This document shows positions 59,249 to 64,000 of a stretch of DNA of 64,000 nucleotides, in pieces. Location: NCBI GenBank assembly GCA_964016885.1, contig OZ024744.1, positions 2,480,001 through 2,544,000 of the forward strand, written 5' to 3'. Below the pieces are notes generated by a model. It searched no databases. It was not told the DNA's origin and worked only from the letters and a program-made list of their open reading frames with translations. The stretch is from Eledone cirrhosa. Its lineage: Eukaryota. Within the stretch, counting starts at the first letter, position 1; the number at the start of each line of letters is the position of its first letter. Position numbers and translations under genes: made by a program.

Positions 59249-59330
<82 letters not shown>

Positions 59331-59480
59331 CATGCATATATACATACATACATATATATATATACACACATACACACTTACATATACATATAATTATTGG
59401 GGGGGGGAATTAAATTTATTAGTGAGAAATAATAAATATATATAGTTTTCAAGGAACATAGAGTCATAACCTGAAGTTAA

Positions 59481-59668
59481 AGGGCGGTGGATTGGTAGTA
59501 TCGGTAGAGGGTCGGACGCCATGCTTTCCAGCATAGTTACGTCCCTTTACGATCTGAGTTCAAATCCCGCCGAGGTTGAGTTTGCCTCTCATCCTTACGG
59601 GGTCGATAAAATAAAGTACCAGTAATGCACTGGGTAATTGCTGGCCTTGTGCCTAAAGTAGAAACAAT
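59481..59668 (+). mobile_element. Nin-domain SINE (family 2) nested in the PLE 3' UTR
   Basis: Near-identical to 30127-30314. Confidence 0.88.
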
Positions 59669-60640
59669 TATATATGTTTACTTAATGGTATCAGTTTTAG
59701 GAAATGATAGTTGTAAGAAGGAAAGCAAAATTATGTAGTTCATCAGTAGTAGAATATTAATTATAGGTTAACTAAATTAAAAATAGTTTATATATTAATT
59801 TCTAAAGTGTATATTAATTAGGTTTATAATATTTAAAGGTTTTTCTCAGTTTATGATTACACGATATTATTAATTCCTGTCGCTTATTTAATAGGATATC
59901 CTTAGATTTCATTATTTCAAAACGTTCTTGGGAACATAATCTACATTCATATCTACTATTTTGATAAGGGGTGGCCCTTTTGAGCACACTCCAGGTCAGG
60001 TCATAATCTATATTCCTCTTTCTATAACTATTAATTATTTCAGCTAGAGATGTTGTATTAGCTAGTGCGGCATTTTTAAAACTATGTTTGTGGGTATTAA
60101 ATCTTACCTTAAATTTGTTAGAGGTAGCTCCTATATATGAATAAATTGAGTCCGTAGTGTTAACTTTACATTTATATACTATATTATTAACAAGGCAATT
60201 TCCTTTTAATGGACAGTTTGCCTTATTTCTACAGTTACAACTTTTCGTGAATCCTGTATCTGAGGAGATATTATGGTTAGTTTGATGTACTGGTGGTATA
60301 CTCATGGTTTTTTTTACATTTATATGCATTATAGGCACTTATATTTTGTTTTATGTTTTTGGTTGTTGAGTAGGAGAATTTAACCGTTGATCTATTTAAG
60401 ATTTGATGGTATTTGTGGTTTGGCAGGAAGTTTTTCTCTAGGATATTAAAGAATTTTTTAGGTATAATATTCTTTTCCATCCAAAACTGAAATCTACCTT
60501 CCTCTACCCATAATTTAAGGTTCTTCTACTACTATATTACTATCTTGACCCTCACTATCTCTCTATTGGTAAATTCAAAACCTGTTCCCAAACAGACCTA
60601 TTGTATTGAATCTTTTTTTTTTCAATAAACAAATATCATT

Positions 60641-60772
60641 ATTTCTGAAGACAGCATATATATGTGTAGGTATGTATATTCCCTCTGATAGTTTGTATAA
60701 ATATTGTACATAGATCTATAGAATATGCATACCAACTCTAACACATATATATCCTAGAAACGATCGTAAAAT
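60641..60772 (+). ncRNA. Hammerhead with ~105-nt stem II (mirror 58460-58591 -)
   Basis: attt CTGAAGA cagcatatatatgt...acatatatatccta GAAA cgatcg TA aaat. Confidence 0.7.
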
Positions 60773-60845
60773 GATGAATTTTTTTAATATAAGGAACTGT
60801 TTCTTTGTTTATTCATTATTTTATTAATTTATATATATATATATA

Positions 60846-63800
60846 TATTTATTAAAATAACAGATTAAAGTTTAAGCAAAGAATCGCTGCTTTCACCCTT
60901 AACGGGATCTTCTGAAACTAACAAAGTCAATCTGTAGACGCAGAACTGGATATTTCAAAAAACGTTGCAACCGGAGGAAGACAGGAAGACGATACGGTTC
61001 TTATATATTTGATATTTATTTATCCTTATCGAGCCCTCTTTGGATTTTAGTCTTCAAATTTATTATTATTACTATTTGGCTCCCTCGGTTGAGCACTCTA
61101 CTGACTTATATTCATCATGCAGAAACAACATCTGAATATTTCTACAAAGAACATACCCGTACCAAGCAGGAAAACATACCTAAAACTCCTGATACAGAAA
61201 ACAGACGCGTTCATTAAAAGGTTGCGTTGTCGTGACTTTTATTTCGATAATCCGCGAAAAGCAGACAACAAACAGGATAAATTTGGATTTAAAACCTATA
61301 ATAACCCGCCGTGGAATCCAGCATTGCTACCCTTCGAAAATGATGACTTGGAACTCATTCGGAGTATCAAATTTCGGAATAGCAGCAATTCCTTCCAGCA
61401 AGACCTGGAGAATAGAATTCGTTCTATTAAGGATTCTAATGCCGTGCACGTCCATTCCGACAAAACTGGCTAACTATATCAAGTGGAGCGCAGTACTTAT
61501 CATCAACTACTACATAATGCTGTAACTAAGGATTACCGTAAAACTAATCGTTGCTTTCATCAATGAAATCAACGATGCTGGGTTTAAAATCACATCTGAT
61601 CTCAACATCCTGGACCGGACCGAACCTCTGGACCCTATTTCTCCCCACTTTACCCTGAAGGATCACAAATCCAATTTTCCGAAAAACCCCTCTATTCGGC
61701 TTATTAACCCTACGAAGTCCGATTTAGGTAGACTTAGTAAAACGATTCTTGATAGAATTATACCTGAAATTAGAAGTTTGGCCCCTCTTGCACTGTGGAA
61801 CAATTTTTTCGCGGGGATTAATTGGTTCAACGGCATATGTAACAAGGAACATTGCCGTTTTATCCAATTCGACATCAACAATTACTACTCCTCCATCACT
61901 TTACCACTTATCCTTAGAGCTATCAATTTCGCTAAAACACTCACAGTGGTTAAGGATTTCGAAGTTGATGTCATCCTCAATGCCCGAAAGTCGGTGATTA
62001 ATTTCGACGACTCTATTTGGATTAAAAAATCCAATAGTACCCCATTCGACGTGAGTATGGGCGCCAGTGATTCTGCGGAGGTTACTGATCTTATTGGCCT
62101 TTTCCTTCTTTTCTCTATCAAGGACGAATTCCCCAACACGGGCGGTGGCTTGTACCGTGATGATGGTCTTTTGACCATGACTAAGTGCGGACCTCGTGCT
62201 TGCGACAGGTTCAGAAAAGAACTCACAGCCTTCTTTAAAGGCTTCAACCTCTCTATACAGGTTGAGGCCAATCTCTCGGTCGTTAATTACCTCGACGTTA
62301 CCCTCAATTTATTGAATGGGTTGTATTACCCGTATAGAAAGCCGAATGATACGCTTAATTACATAAGTAAGCATTCCAACCATCCTGCCAGCATAACCAA
62401 GAACCTGGTACGAAACGTTTCGTTGAGGCTTTCCCGTCTTTCCACCAACGAGCGTATTTTCAACGACCATTCCACTTATTACAATGAGGCTCTTGCTCGA
62501 AGTGGATTTGTCGATAAGGTAGCATATACAGAGTACGAAAATAAATAGACCTAGAAGTAATATACCCCGTCGCATTTTTTGGTATAACCCACCATATAAT
62601 ATGGAGGTGGCCACACCATTAGCTAAGATCTTTCTTTCCCTTATTACGAAGCATTTTCCCCCTACACATAAATATAGTAAAATTTTTAATAGAAATACTA
62701 TTAAAATTTCTTACTCTACGACTCCTAACCTTGCACATAACATCACAGCTTCAAATTTAGCTAAACTACCTAGCCGTAGGAACACGTGCAACCCTGTAGT
62801 TAGTACTAACTGTAATTGTAGGAATCGGGCTGATTGCCCCCTATCCGGGAAATGCCTCTCTAGCAACATTGTCTACAAATGTAAGGTTGTAACACCCACG
62901 TCCCGTAGGGCCTACATAGGGTTAACCGCCAATAGTTTCAAGCAGCGTCTTTACATGCACACCCATTCTTTTCGTTACCCTCTAAGAAGGAATATGACGT
63001 CACTTTCAGCTTATATCTGGAGTCTAAAAGACAACCACACCCAATATAAGTTACACTGGGATATCCTAGCTAGGGCTAGATCGTATAACGGAAATAAAAG
63101 ACCATGTGACCTCTGCACCGCTGAGGCCCTGGAAATACTCTACGCCACAGACCACATCTTAAATAAAAAATCTGAGGCAATTTCGGCTTGTAAACATAAA
63201 TTGCACAAAACTTTCCTGTATTACAGCCCCACGTTATACCCTGACGGATAGGACGATCTATACGTGGATATTTTACGTCTTGATGTGGGAGCTAAGTATA
63301 TGTTTTGTTTATACCTTTACTTATTTGCATAGGTAAGTATATTTTACCCGTATGTTTTGTGAAGGTACGTATACCTTCTCGTACGTATATTTGATTGTTA
63401 TGGCGTATAATTTTATATATTCTGGTACATATGGTTTGGCTATGTGTATACGGGAGTTTTGCGTCTGTGTGAGTATGCAGGTTCGTAAGTTTGGTGGGTG
63501 TGTACTTCATGTTTTGGTTGACTTACGTCTCCGAACATTCGTGTATTTATATGTAGGTATGTGTGTGCGCTTGTTATATACGTATTTATTTATTTATATA
63601 CGTTTATATAATTATTTATTTATTTGTATACTCGCAAACACACACACACACATATTTATATGTGCGGGGTTTTGTATACCTATGGTAAGTTTTTGCGTAT
63701 GCTTGTGTATGTACGTATTTGTTTGCGTGTATGTATTTATTTATTTCTATTACTTCTGTATTGTATTTATTTACTTTGTTCTTAACTCTGAGGCGGAGAT

Positions 63801-64000
63801 TCATTTGGTCTCCTAGATAGAATTTTAGTCTACGACTTTTGCTATACCATTTACGTGGGTTTGTCTTTGCGAGCTATTGTTCTCCACGCTCCACATATGA
63901 CGTATTATCTTCGTTTTTTCGTTCATTGCCAGAGAACGTCTCTATGCACCACCTAAGAGAACATTAGTCTACGACCTCTTTTATACCATAAACGTGGTTC
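60846..64000 (+). mobile_element. Near full-length Hydra-like PLE (family B), runs off the window
   Basis: Inverted pLTR 60846-60994, direct pLTR remnant to 61075, disrupted ORF, 3' UTR matching 9427-9541. Confidence 0.92.
61117..63251 (+). pseudogene. PLE RT + GIY-YIG ORF with stop and frameshifts
   Basis: STKNIPVPS, SDKTG*, IQFDINNYY, MGASDS, GGLYRDD, CNCRNRADC, YIGLT, CDLC...CKH. Confidence 0.92.

Larger units (their letters stand above)
58270..60832 (-). mobile_element. 5'-truncated Hydra-like PLE (family D) with inverted pLTR
   Basis: ORF remnants 59814-60480 (CNCRNKANC, NIVY...YIGAT, CRLC...CNH); 60486-60832 inverts 58400-58748. Confidence 0.9.

Overview
AT-rich eukaryotic intergenic DNA. 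The HCEICGKSF-type C2H2 zinc-finger arrays, Nin-domain SINEs and heavy (TA)n/(CA)n load fit a coleoid cephalopod such as Octopus (inference). I found no intact host gene; most ORF-track entries are microsatellite artefacts. Penelope-like retroelements (PLEs) inserted into (TA)n dominate the window. They include one young, apparently intact Hydra-clade-like PLE (9879-15962; 819-aa RT + GIY-YIG ORF; 1.66-kb inverted pseudo-LTR), three broken relatives, a Neptune-like endonuclease fragment and many short, often fold-back, pseudo-LTR (pLTR) fragments. By eye these carry about 27 minimal type-I hammerhead ribozyme motifs from about 18 sequence families, many with non-canonical cores. The main observation is a covarying bulged RNA helix, RCUC-stem...stem-UY-GAGY, shared by otherwise unrelated pLTRs. 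It has the local geometry of the HIV TAR bulge. In about 10 families, element termini fall 2-8 nt upstream of it, which suggests a reverse-transcription initiation or positioning signal. The window also holds two CR1/L2-group LINEs (one full length), RTE fragments, two tRNA-SINE families, hAT MITEs, duplicated C2H2-ZNF pseudogenes and four minisatellites. All structures were read by eye and none was computationally validated.
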